A DNA stretch of 50,332 nucleotides from Malacoraja senta. Lineage: Eukaryota. Positions 11,391-22,702 of this stretch are shown here, in pieces. The notes beneath the pieces were generated by a model. That model saw only the letters and a program-made list of their open reading frames with translations. It had not been told where the DNA came from and did no database searches. Location: NCBI GenBank assembly GCA_038087875.1, contig JAXLNO010000032.1:1-50332 (forward strand), read 5' to 3'. The position numbers were made by a program, and so were the translations under genes. How positions within the stretch are numbered: position 1 is the first letter of the stretch; each line of letters begins with the position of its first letter.

Positions 11391-11894
11391 GTAGGTATTT
11401 ACCTTTGATTATTTCTGCATTAGTTCTAACAAACAATCTTTCAAAGTTTTATTCTGATGCATATTTATATCAATGCAATGTAGTGTGCCATACTTGTCAT
11501 GGGAAAAAAAACATGAACATTGACTGCTTGAAGATGAATTTTATTTCCTAAGAGAAATGTCTAAAGTTTACCTCAATTTGCCAACTTCTCAGTCTATGGT
11601 ATATCCTGAAATATCCTCACATTTTAAACTGCTGGCTTACTTTTATGCCTTGGATATACCTCCCTTATTGAATCTTTGTGTGGTTATATATCGCATGCCA
11701 ACTTAGGAGCAAGGAATAGGCCCACTCAGCATGTGAAGCTTACTACCATTTAATAAGAAAATGACCTTTTTAAATTTTGAGATTTTACTCATAGGGTAGT
11801 GTTCACCCCTTACTTCTCAAGCAACTACCTTCATCTTAAAAAATCCAAAGACTCATTTAGGAATAAATTTAAGAACCGCCCTTCATTGCTTTCG

Positions 11895-12818
11895 CTTCAA
11901 GTAAGCATGCAGGTACAGCGGCAGTGAAGAAAGCAAATGGCTTGTTGACCTTCATAACAAGAGGAGTTGAGTATTAGGAGCAAAGAGGTCCTTCTGCAGT
12001 TGTACAGGGTCCTAGTGAGATCACACCTGGAGTATTGTGTGCAGTTTTGGTCTCCAGATTTTAGGAAGGATATTCTTGCTATTGAGGGAGTGCAGCGTAG
12101 GATGGCGCGACCGTCATATGTTGATAGAATGGAGCGGCTGGGCTTGTATACTCTGGAATTTAGAAGAATAAGAGGGGATCTTATTGAATCATATAAGATT
12201 ATTAAAGGTTTGGACACGCTAGAGCCAGGAAACATGTTATGACAATAGACAATAGGTGCAGGAGTAGGCCATTGGCCCTTCGAGCCAGCACCGCCATTCA
12301 ATGCAATCATGGCTGATCATTCCCAATCAGTACCCCCCCCCCGCCCCCCCCCCCCCCCGTTCCTGCCTTCTCCCCATATCCCCTGACTCCGCTATCGTTA
12401 AGAGCCCCTATCTAGCTCTCTCTTGAAAGTATCCAGAGAACCGGCCTCCACCGCCGTCTGAGGCAGAGAATCGGGAACATGTAGCGTGTCCAAACCTAAT
12501 GTTGGGGGAGTCCAGAACCAGGGAACCAGGGAACACAGTTTAAGAATAAGGGGTAAGCCATTTAGAACGGAGATGAGGAAATATTTTTTCACACAGAGAG
12601 TTGTGGAATTCTCTGCCTCAGAGGGCGGTGGAGGCCGGTTCTTTGGATGCTTTCAAGAGAGAGTTAGATAGAGCTCTTAAAGATAATGGAGTCAAGGGAT
12701 ATGGGGAGAAGGCAGAAACGGGGTACTGATTGTGGATGATCAGCCATGATCACAATGAATGGTAGTGCTGGCTCGAAGGGCCAAATGGCCTACTCCTGCA
12801 CCTATTGCCTATTGTCAT
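11895..12818 (+). mobile_element. 5'-truncated CR1/HER1-type LINE with an internal inverted copy of its 3' end (12239-12494)
   Basis: RSKEVLLQLYRVLVRSHLEYCVQFWSP...RGDLIE; tail cctattgcctattgtc. Confidence 0.9.
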
Positions 12819-12859
12819 TCATGTATATTGTAAAAACCGTAGCCCCAGCACTTATCCCT

Positions 12860-13950
12860 GTCAGATACCACTTGTTAAAGCTTGCCAACAAAAATACAGA
12901 CCCATTTATCTTTACCATATTTCCTGTAGGGCAGACAACCCTCTTTCCATGCCAATATGTTATTTCTTAAAGCATGAGTTTTTACTTTGTGGAATAACCA
13001 TTGATGCAGTGCCTTGTCAAATGGCTTCTGGGAAATCTTATGCTTCTCCATAGTCCACGTTGCATCTCAAAATAACTCCAGTAAATATTCAAACATGAAT
13101 TCCTTTTCTCAAAACAATATTGACTTTCCCTGATTATCTTGATCAGCATTTTGCTAAGTGCCCCTGCAATAACATATTTAGTAATAGTTTCTAACATTTT
13201 CCCAATGACCATTGTTGAGCTTGCTAGCACATAATTTCCTGCTTAGTTTTGAAAGAGTTACATTTGTAATTTTACTGTCTGATCCATTCAATTCCCCATG
13301 TTTAATTTTTGTTTTGATGCCAATGGATCAATCAGCTACTTCTACTTCAATCAGCTCCTTCTTTCAAGATCATCGGTTGAAAGGTTTTCAGACTGTTGAA
13401 ATTTGTTCATTGACAGTTCCTTGGTGATTGTGATTTTCTAGTTCTTCTCTCCTTTCAATTCCCAATTTAAAACTACTTCAGGGATATTACCTTCTATGGG
13501 AAGACTGTTGCAAAATGCCTATTTAATTCATCGGCAAATGTTTTAGATTTTCATTATAGAGTCCCTCAATTCTCTTTCTAAAAGGCCAATGCTACTTTTT
13601 GTTAGCACCTTTTCAAAACTATTCAAAGTAATCTTACTATTTGTTTGTACATTTCTGACCTGTTTTTTACTCTAGATTTAATTATCCCTTTAAAAAAAAT
13701 TATTATAGATATTCTTTGATTTATCATCTGTCCAGGTTATTGATCTGCCACCTCTGTGCAATAACACACTTTTTACAAATGTTTGATACAATCCTTAAAT
13801 TTTGTTTTAGTTAAATATGGATGACAGGTCTACACCTTGGAATATTTCTTTCTTGTTGCAATACTATCTGTTCCATGCATTCTGTAAGATCTTAAATATC
13901 TGCCTCTGTATTTTTGAGTAATCGATCCCTTAACGTAATTTGCAATTTCT
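12860..13950 (-). mobile_element. Old degraded CR1-type LINE
   Basis: Minus frame GKMLETIT...IRESQYCFEKRNSCL; boundaries approximate. Confidence 0.6.
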
Positions 13951-14054
13951 CTTCTGCTAGCTCTCATAATTGTCCTTAATTAAGTTTAAAATACCAATCT
14001 TGGTCCCATTCATTTCTCCCTAAAACATAATGTAAAAAGTAATTATGTTCGGAA

Positions 14055-14465
14055 CAGTTGGATGGTTTTCTTTAGAATGGCAGAGGTTTGGTGGAAATCT
14101 GATAAAGTATATAAAATAATGAGAGGTGCAGATAGGGTGGACAGTTAGAACCTTTTCCCTCCAGGGTGTAAATGGCAATAACTAGAGGGTATATCTTTAA
14201 GGTAAGAGAGACATAGTTTAACGATGTGTGGGGCAAGTTTTTATTCAGTGGGTGGTGTATGCCTGGAACACACTGCTAGAGGTGCTGGTGAAGGCAGATA
14301 CGACAGAAGTTCACAAAGCTTTTAGATAGTCGCATGTATATGCAAGGAATGGAGGGGTATGGATCACGTATTGGGAGATGAGGTTAGTTTATCTTGGTAT
14401 TATGTTCGGCACAGACATTGTGAGCCAAAGGATTTGTTCCTGTTATACTTATCTATGTTGTATGA
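14055..14465 (+). mobile_element. CR1-type LINE 3' fragment
   Basis: GNLIKVYKIMRGADRVD relic and a 3' UTR resembling 18150-18250. Confidence 0.75.
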
Positions 14466-14582
14466 CTTCCTGACCCCTGTCCTCTAATACCCTGACTGAT
14501 GATCGCATGTACAACATACCCCATTGTTATAATTTTTCCATCTTTTTTTTCCTGGAAATATGGTCTTCTGTTCTCTTACTTA

Positions 14583-15347
14583 TGGGCCTGTCCCACTTAG
14601 GCGATTTTTCAGCGGACTGCCGGCGACTGCCAATTCGCCGGCAGTCGCCTGATAAACCGGGAACTGGATCGGCGACTGTCAGAGTGGAACACACACACAC
14701 AAACATATCACAAAGGCGGGGACCAGGGCAAGCGGGGGGAGCACTGTCTGAAATTAACACGGTGCAAAGCCAAGGTGATACAGTCACACACCACGATGTA
14801 ACAGGAAGGTTAAGACGGCTAGCACAGTGTACGGTCAGTCCTTTAAAAAAGAGGGGAGGGGAGAAGGGGATAGAAGTGGGGAGAAGAAGTTGAGACACTT
14901 TTAAGAAGCCGGAGATACACAGCTGTGACGTTAGGCAGGCATTTAACATTACCGGTCGGTATCCTTGGTTCTGAAAACTCGTGCTTACGTTTTTTCCCCC
15001 CAATGAGCCAATGAAAATGACCGGTCAGCAAAGCCGATTAACTAAAACTACCTACGACTACCTCGACTACCTATAACTACATGGCGACGCCACTACAACT
15101 GCACCTACGACTACAGGATTATCGATTTTCTCCATGGCGACCAATTTTTTGGTCGCAGAAAATGTTTCAACATGTTGAAAAATTTGCGGCGACCATACTG
15201 AGGCCGCGACTAGTTCCCAGAATGCGGGAACTCCTCGCGACCATGAAGGAGACTCACCAGAGACCATCAGCGAACACGTGGTGACCATGTGGCGAATGCA
15301 GAGTCTCCTGCACTCGCCTAAAAGGTCGCCCAAGTGGGACAGGCCCA
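14583..15347. mobile_element. Non-autonomous PIF/Harbinger element (MITE), 765 bp
   Basis: 22-bp TIR tgggcctgtcccactt(a/g)ggcga with one mismatch; TTA TSD at 14580-14582 and 15348-15350; no transposase. Confidence 0.88.
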
Positions 15348-15608
15348 TTAGGTCTTTTGAAAAAAGAGTAGATTAACAAGTAACAATGAAAGTTAATAAC
15401 GGTAAATGTACCTTTGTATTCATTGGAAGTAAAAAATAGTTTGGATCGAAAGAGCAAATGAAGACTCATACCGGTAGCAATTTTCAATGTGTAGGAAGGA
15501 ACTGCAGATGCTGGTTTAAATCGCAGATAGACAGAAAATGCTGGAGTAACTCAGCGGAACAGGCAGCATCTCTGGAGCGAAGGAATAGGTGAAGTTTTGG
15601 GTTGAGAC

Positions 15609-18394
15609 GAAAATGAAATAACGACACATTTGGATAGCATTAACAGGATCGGTCCGAGTCAGCATGAATTTACGAGGGGGAAATCATGCTTGACTAATCT
15701 TCTGGAATTTTTTGAGGATGTAACTAGGAAAATGGACAAGCGAGAGCCAGTGGATGTAGTGTACCTGGACTTTCAGAAAGCCTTTGATAAGGTCCCACAT
15801 AAGAGACTAGTGGGCAAAATTAGAGCACATGGTATTGGGGGTAGGGTTCTGACATGCATAGAAAATTTGGTTGGCAGACAGGAAACAAAGAGTTGGGATT
15901 AACGGGTCCTTTTCAGAATGGCAGGCAGTGACTAGTGGAGCACCGCAAGGCTCGGTGCTGGGACCGCAGCTGTTTACAATATACATTAATGATTTGGATG
16001 AAGGGATTAAAAGTAACAGTAGCAAATTTGCAGGTGACACAAAGCTGGGTGGCAGTGTGAACTTTGAGGAGGATGCTATGAGAATGCAGGGTGACTTGGA
16101 CAGGTTGGGTGAGTGGGCAGATGCAGTTTAATGTGGATAAATGTGAGGTTATCCACTTTGGTGGCAAGAACAGGATGGCAGATTATTATCTGAATGGTGT
16201 CAAGTTGGGAAAAGGGGAAGTACAACGAGATCTGGGTGTCCTTGTTCATCAGTCACTGAAAGTAAGCAAGCAGTGAAGAAAGCTAATGGCATGTTGGCCT
16301 TCATGACAAGAGGAGTTGAGTATAGGAGCAAAGAGGTCCTTCTGCAGTTGTACATGGCTCTAGTGAGACCACACCTGGAGTATTCTGTGCAGTTTTGGTC
16401 TCTAAATTTGAGGAAGGTCATTCTTGCTATTAAGGGAGTGCAGCCTAGTAGGTTCACGAGGTTAATTCCTGGGATGGCGGGACTGTCATATGTTGAAAGA
16501 ATGGAGCGACTGGGGTTGTACACACTGGAATTTAGAAGGATGAGAGGGAATCTTATTGAAATATAAAATTATTAAGGGTTTGGACACGCTAGAGGCAGGA
16601 AACATGTTCCTGATGTTGGGGGAGTCCAGAACCAGGGGCCACAGTTTAAGAATAAGGGGTAGGCCATTTAGAATGGAGATGAGGAAAAACTTTTTCACCC
16701 AGAGAGTTGTGAATCTGTGGAATTCTCTGCCTCAGAAGGCAGTGGATGCCAATTATCTGGATGCTTTCAAGAGAGAGTTAGATAGAGCTCTTAAAGATAG
16801 TGCCGGAGGATTGGCGTACTGCGCATGTTGTTCCATTGTTTAAAAAGGGATCTAAGAGTAAACCTAGCAATTATAGACCTGTTAGTTTGACGTCAGTGGT
16901 GGGCAAATTAATGGAAAGGATACTTAGAGATAATATATATAAGCATCTGGATAAACAGGGGCTGATTAGGAACAGTCAACATGGATTTGTGCCTGGAAGG
17001 TCATGTTTGACTAATCTTCTTGAATTTTTTGAAGAGGTTACTCGGGAAATTGATGAGGGTAAAGCCGTGGATGTTGTATATATGGACTTCAGTAAGGCCT
17101 TTGACAAGGTTCCTCACGGAAGGTTGGTTAAGAAGGTTCAATGGTTGGGTATTAATGGTGGAGTAGCAAGATGGATTCAACAGTGGCTGAATGGGAGATG
17201 CCAGAGAGTAATGGTGGATGGTTGTTTGTCAGGTTGGAGGCCAGTGACTAGTGGGGTGCCACAGGGATCTGTGTTGGGTCCACTGTGGTTTGTCATGTAC
17301 ATCAATGATCTGGATGATGGTGTGGTAAATTGGATTAGTAAGTATGCAGATGATACTAAGATAGGTGGGGCTGTGGATAATGAAGTAGATTTTCAAAGTC
17401 TACAGAGAGATTTATGCCGGTTAGAAGAGTGGGCTGAAAGATGGCAGATGGAGTTTAATGCTGATAAGTGTGAGGTGCTACATCTTGGCAGGACAAATCA
17501 AAATAGGACGTACATGGTAAATGGTAGGGAATTGAAGAATGCAGGTGAACAGAGGGATCTTGGAATAACTGTGCACAGTTCCCTGAAAGTGGAATCTCAT
17601 GTAGATAGGGTGGTAAAGAAAGCTTTTGGTGTGCTGGCTTTTATAAATCAGAGCATTGAGTATAGAAGTTGGGATGTAATGTTAAAATTGTACAAGGCAT
17701 TGGTGAGGCCAATTCTGGAGTATGGTGTACAATTTTGGTCGCCTAATTAGAGGAAGGATGTCAACAAAATAGAGAGAGTACAGAGGAGATTTACTAGAAT
17801 GTTGCCTGGGTTTCAGCAACTAAGTTACAAAGAAAGGTTGAACAAGTTAGGGCTTTATTCTTTGGAGCGCAGAAGGTTAAGGGGGACTTGATAGAGGTCT
17901 TTAAAATAATGAGAGGGATAGACAGAGTTGACGTGGATAAGCTTTTCCCACTGAGAGTAGGGAAGATTCAAACAAGGGGACATGACTTGAGAATTAAGGG
18001 ACAGAAGTTTAGGGGTAACATGAGGGGGAACTTCTTTACTGAGAGAGTGGTGGCTGTGTGGAATGAGCTTCCAGTGAAGGTGGTGGAGGCAGGTTCGTTT
18101 TTATCATTTAAAAATAAATTGGATAGTTATATGGACGGGAAAGGAATGGAGGGTTATGGTCTGAGCGCAGGTATATGGGACTAGGGGAGAATACGTGTTC
18201 GGCACGGACTAGAAGGGTCGAGATGGCCTGTTTCCGTGCTGTAATTGTTATATGGTTATATGGTTATAAAGATAGCAAAGTCATGGGATATGGGGAGAAG
18301 ACAGGAATGGGGTACTGATTGTGGATGATCAGCCATGATCAATGGCGGAGTTGGCTGGAAGGGCCGAATGGCCTACTCCTGCACCTATTGCCTA
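15609..18394 (+). mobile_element. CR1/HER1-type LINE A (15609-16800 + 18276-18394), 5'-truncated, frameshifted
   Basis: KSCLTNLLEFFEDVT, YLDFQKAFDKVPH, PQGSVLGP; TSD ttgagac at 15602-15608 and 18395-18401. Confidence 0.93.
16801..18266 (+). mobile_element. Younger CR1-type LINE B, 5'-truncated, nested in LINE A
   Basis: 316-aa open RT stretch (NYRPVSLTS, DFSKAFD, PQGSVLGP, YADD); (GTTATATG)n tail; TSD taaagatag at 16792-16800 and 18267-18275. Confidence 0.96.
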
Positions 18395-18436
18395 TTGAGA
18401 CTCTTCTTCAGACTGCCTGTCTGTCATCCTTGCAGT

Positions 18437-18464
18437 CTGAAGAAGGGTCTCGACCCGAAACATC
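18437..18464 (+). ncRNA. Minimal hammerhead-ribozyme-like motif
   Basis: CTGAAGA-A-GGGTC-TC-GACCC-GAAAC-ATC: both core boxes and a perfect stem II; stem III ACGT changed to ACAT; activity unknown. Confidence 0.65.
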
Positions 18465-18639
18465 ACCTGTTCCTTCTCTCCAGAGTTGCTGCCTCTCTTT
18501 TTGTGTCTCTCTTTTGCAATTTTCAAATATGTTCAAACAGCTTCATGTGGTTATGATGCCAGTCTTCAAAGACCTACTGACCTCTTTACATTATGCATTG
18601 TGTCGAGCTAGTTCTCTGAAGACATACGTAAACAAATGT

Positions 18640-19380
18640 TGCCTTGCGAGTGCGGACATTTTGGGCTAAACTCCTTCAAGGATTAGCTTTGTGCTCTACA
18701 GTCATAAAGGTCCACAAATTGTCCCTGGACTACTTACCATGCCTTGGAAGCCACCTCTCAATGAAAGCAGATATTGAAGGTGAAATTCACCATTGGCGTC
18801 TGTGCATGAGCTGAAACAAAAGGATGCTTGAAGATCAAGACCTCAGACCTGGCATAAAACTCATGGTCTACCAGCAAGCAGTGGTGCTCCCTCTGTAAAA
18901 TCCTTTAACTCCAAAGGTAGGATCCCCACCCAGGCCCATGTTCCCAGCACTGAGATCCTAATTGGACTCAGTAAGTTCCTTTGGCATGCCATGTTGTTTG
19001 CCTGTTTGACACACGACTCCTGAAGCATTCCAAGTGCTGCCAAGGTAAGAGAACATTGGGTAGGCTGAGGAAAAGATTCAACAAAGTCTTCAAAATCTCC
19101 TTGAAGAACTGTCGATCCCTAATATCTCCTGGGAGTCTTGACTCATGATGGCTCACAGTGGAGAAGGAGCATCTGAAATGGCACACAGCATCTTTTGTCC
19201 ATAGGTTGGGAGTACACAGATGACGGAAGGAGCACACCACCTCCCAAATCAACCACCCTGCCACCAACCACCTCCTGCCCCAGCTGCAGTGAATTCTAAA
19301 AACCCACATTGCTCCCCTCAGTCACCTCAGAATCAAACTATAGGCAAGACATGCTCGATTGTAAGCTACCATCTAAGAAG
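18640..19380 (+). mobile_element. Degraded RTE-clade LINE 3' part
   Basis: HVVCLFDTRLLK and GKRTLGRLRKRFNKVFKISLKNC at about 18990-19110; boundaries approximate. Confidence 0.7.
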
Positions 19381-19464
19381 GAATAATCCATTGTTTCAAT
19401 TCCAAACATGTCTGCTGGTTCAGACTAATTTATTAAAAACTGAATTTTGTTTCTTGATTTTCAG

Positions 19465-19530
19465 CTGCACAACTGGACAAAGTTGGGTTTGATTTAATGA
19501 AGAAATGCATTCATGCCATTGAAGAAAGAG
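19465..19530 (+). CDS. ARHGAP26: ARHGAP26 exon (RhoGAP start), 66 nt, phase 1-1
   Basis: gattttcag|CT...AGAG|gtaaga; (A)AQLDKVGFDLMKKCIHAIEER(G). Confidence 0.95.
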
Positions 19531-20229
19531 GTAAGACTTTCATTTATGTATCTCTATTTTGCATAAAATTACTGACATGCAGCTTGTTGTATAGTTGTGG
19601 CATTAGACCTTGTCTCACCAGCCAGCTGACAAAAATAAAGCATCTTCTGTAACCATAATTCTCAATGAATGAAATCTGCAAAACCTGTCTTAAATCATAT
19701 TGTAATAAAAATATATTTCACGGTTCTTTTGAGTAACTGAAATTTATGCTGTTCAAATTAAATTTCCGTTATCATGCAACTTTAAAAAAATGCATATTTT
19801 AAATGATATTATTAATCTTACAGAATTTTAGGTTTGATTTCTGAGAATTCTTTCTTATTTTCAGCAAGCACATTTACAGTAAACATTTGGAACATTTTGC
19901 AGTACAGCTCTGTTTATGAACTATATGTGCAGACATTTGCTTGCTATTTTCACCTGGCTATGTTCATAATAGTCTATATTGGCACATAATGTAGCTGTTT
20001 ATCCTAGTGCTTTTAATGCATTGGTATACAAACATGCACGTGTAAGACCACCTCTGCACATATAAGCAGGATATATTAATATATGCCTTCAGGTTACTTT
20101 AATTTAAAATCCAAAAATATATGTTTAATAAAATGTTATTTAAGATGATTGAAAATGTCATAATTGTTGTAATTATGTTTTACAATCATAATTTAATTTG
20201 ATATTAATTTGATATCTGTTTTGAAACAG

Positions 20230-20304
20230 GTATCAATGAACAGGGCCTATACCGTATAGTGGGTGTCAATTCTCGAGTCCAAAAACTGTTAGGATTACTA
20301 ATGG
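20230..20304 (+). CDS. ARHGAP26: ARHGAP26 exon with catalytic arginine finger (CGT 20253-20255), 75 nt, phase 1-1
   Basis: tttgaaacag|GT...ATGG|gtaagt; (G)INEQGLYRIVGVNSRVQKLLGLLM. Confidence 0.97.
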
Positions 20305-21935
20305 GTAAGTGGTGTTCTTTTCATTAGGTTGAAGTTCAACTGTTATTAAATTATTTAAACATTCGTTTAATCCCCAAATTCTAACTTCAGGGGAGCACTT
20401 CTGTTAGCTCTTCCTTTACAATGGTTTTCAAAAAGAGTACGTAATGCTGTACATTTTTTAGGTGGAACTATTAATCCTGATATAAATTTGCATTTGTATA
20501 TATGGTTTGGGATCAAGTTTCTGCTCAATCTCGTATGAATACAGGCAATCCCCATGTTGCAGACTGTATAATGATTTTTCAGTAATGCAAAACCTTATTT
20601 CCCACTTTTATCCCATATTGTAAGTGGAGATGTGTTCCTATGGGGTGTTTTTTTAAATCTCAACAGTCATGACATTACTACAGCTGCTTGTTTATGGAGG
20701 GGGAGGGGATGATGCACTTACAAGATTGCCTGGTCAGTTTCCAAAGCAAATCCCTTAAATGGCCAGTAGCTGCATTTAAAGACACAAGCAGCTGAAGATA
20801 CTATGGCAAATTCCAAAGCTTTCACTATTGCAGCATCTGATCTTTATAACATATCAAGTTTTACATACAATTAAATTCCTTTTTATGGTTGTTTAGATTG
20901 ATAACTTGCACTTAAACTTGCTTGCCCAGTTTCAGACTGGGCAATAATATGGTAAATAATATGGAAAATGCTTGGTAAATAAAACAGCTAGAGCGCAAAG
21001 TGAACATAGCGCTCTAACAAAGTGAACATAGCGAACAGAAATTGTGTTGTCTATGCATGAATCAAGAAATGCAAGTTGAAAAAGATACAAATGGATATTT
21101 GTTGTTTTGTCCTTTGTGTACATCTAGTTTTCAATCACATTTTACCCACATGAATTTTGTAAGAACAAACTTCATTCCATACCTCAGATTTTCGGGTAGT
21201 GATTTGTGAATTCTGTAACATGGTGGCCCCCTGTAACCAAGACATTTTAAACAGTGTCTGTTGACAACAGAGTGCTGGCAATGAGTTGGAGTTAGTATCT
21301 GGGCTCCCAGCAAACAGTTACTTTACTCAGAAAACAAACTGAATATGACTATAAATTCTTAAAAATAAGCAGATTATTTTTTCCAGAATGAGTTAGTGAA
21401 TGATAGTTGTATATATGAATTATATAAAAACGAATGTTGTAACCTTGAGCAAATTGGTCATCTGACATTTTCAATGCACACTTAAAGCCTTTCAAAAACC
21501 AGCAATGTCGAGCAATGATTTAGAACATAATTTTTATTTGTTCCTTGCATGAAAAGATATTCCTAAATATATTTGAGTAACATGGTGCAAGTTTATTAAT
21601 ACAGCTGGAAATGCGTTTTACCATAATAAAGAAATATCACTATTGAATCACCACCAAGATCTAGGGATTCTTCTGCACTACAAAAGGTGCATTAGATGGG
21701 CATTTCACAGGCCCCTCTCAACAATATTCTATTGCATGAGGCCCATGGTATTGCCACACAAAAAATGCAGCCTCATACCTGCAAGCGTTTGCAAACTAGC
21801 AGAAGAAATCTGGTCCATGTTCACAACAAGCCATTCTAATGGTTATAGCCGGAGTGAATATTTCAGATCTATCAGAAATGATAGGTTTGTTGGAAGTACT
21901 ATTTTTCCTTTTCTAACAATGTTGTTGGTTTGAAG

Positions 21936-22014
21936 GAACAGCCGATGTAGATCTGGAGAGCTCAACTGAATGGGAGATAAAAACTATTACCAGCACACTT
22001 AAACATTATCTCAG
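21936..22014 (+). CDS. ARHGAP26: ARHGAP26 RhoGAP exon, 79 nt, phase 1-2
   Basis: Branch-point-like ctaac at 21913, ggtttgaag|GA...CTCAG|gtaaga; (G)TADVDLESSTEWEIKTITSTLKHYL(R); an in-frame TAA at 21914 limits the 5' boundary. Confidence 0.9.
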
Positions 22015-22325
22015 GTAAGAGTGTAAGAGGAGAATAAATTTTAATGCATTTATTGTTAAATAAAATTGCAGGTGGACTTATTTGAAACATGTATTCAAGA
22101 AGTAGTTTTCCACTGTTTAATTTTCTTTATTGAGAATAGAAAATCTATTATAATGGAGCTTGAAATGAGATTTAGGCATCTATAAATGTTGGGCAAGGTC
22201 GGTAATCAATGGTACATCCTGACCTGAATAACAAGAACTTGTCATATATTACAGTCCAATTAATCAGTTTCTAATACTCAATGGTTCTTTGCCCAAATCT
22301 TGGCAGATATTTCATTTTTTATGAA

Positions 22326-22431
22326 TGAAGAAGCATTTCTGAAGAAGTGTCTCGACCCGAAACGTCGCCTATTTCTTTCGCTCCAAAGATGCTGCCTCAC
22401 CCGCTGAGTCGCTCCAGCATTTTTGTTTACC
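22326..22431 (+). mobile_element. 106-bp Penelope-derived hammerhead-bearing insertion with 16-bp TSD
   Basis: tttcattttttatgaa at 22310-22325 and 22432-22447; core CTGAAGA...GAAACGTC at 22339-22366. Confidence 0.85.
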
Positions 22432-22702
22432 TTTCATTTTTTATGAAGGTTCTTTTCAGAATATGCCATTTTTCTTCTTTACAATGCATGTTAAGAATAT
22501 AGTCAGGAACACAAGAATTATTTACAATTTTCAAGATTACAGCCTCTGCAATTTCTCATGTCTTAAAGTACTTTGTGCTTTGGCTATTAGGTTTCTGTTT
22601 AAGCAAATTAAACAGTTGGCCATCACAGATATTGATGGCTAATTCTTTTTTAATCTGATATTCATTAGTAGGGGCTAGATCATTTAAAAATAATTTGATT
22701 TA

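Larger units (their letters stand above)
15488..18494. mobile_element. Palindromic Penelope-derived element (15488-15608 + 18402-18494), split by nested CR1s
   Basis: Halves rejoin as gggttgagac|tcttcttcagact, like the intact gggtcgagacccttcttcagact at 27592-27614. Confidence 0.85.

Noticed and set aside
10590..11551. 144-aa (-) and 128-aa (+) ORFs as separate genes
   Set aside because: No recognisable domain; the + ORF only overlaps the 40-nt ARHGAP26 exon in frame
14507..15487. Several 60-158-aa ORFs
   Set aside because: Chance ORFs in the GC-rich MITE; no transposase or Myb motifs
20680..20800. Possible enhancer (two CAGCTG E-boxes, TGTTTAT)
   Set aside because: Short motifs expected by chance; needs conservation or chromatin data
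21867..21884. 18-nt in-frame microexon candidate (cag|ATCTATCAGAAATGATAG|gtttgt)
   Set aside because: Would leave a 51-nt intron to 21936, too short for typical vertebrate splicing
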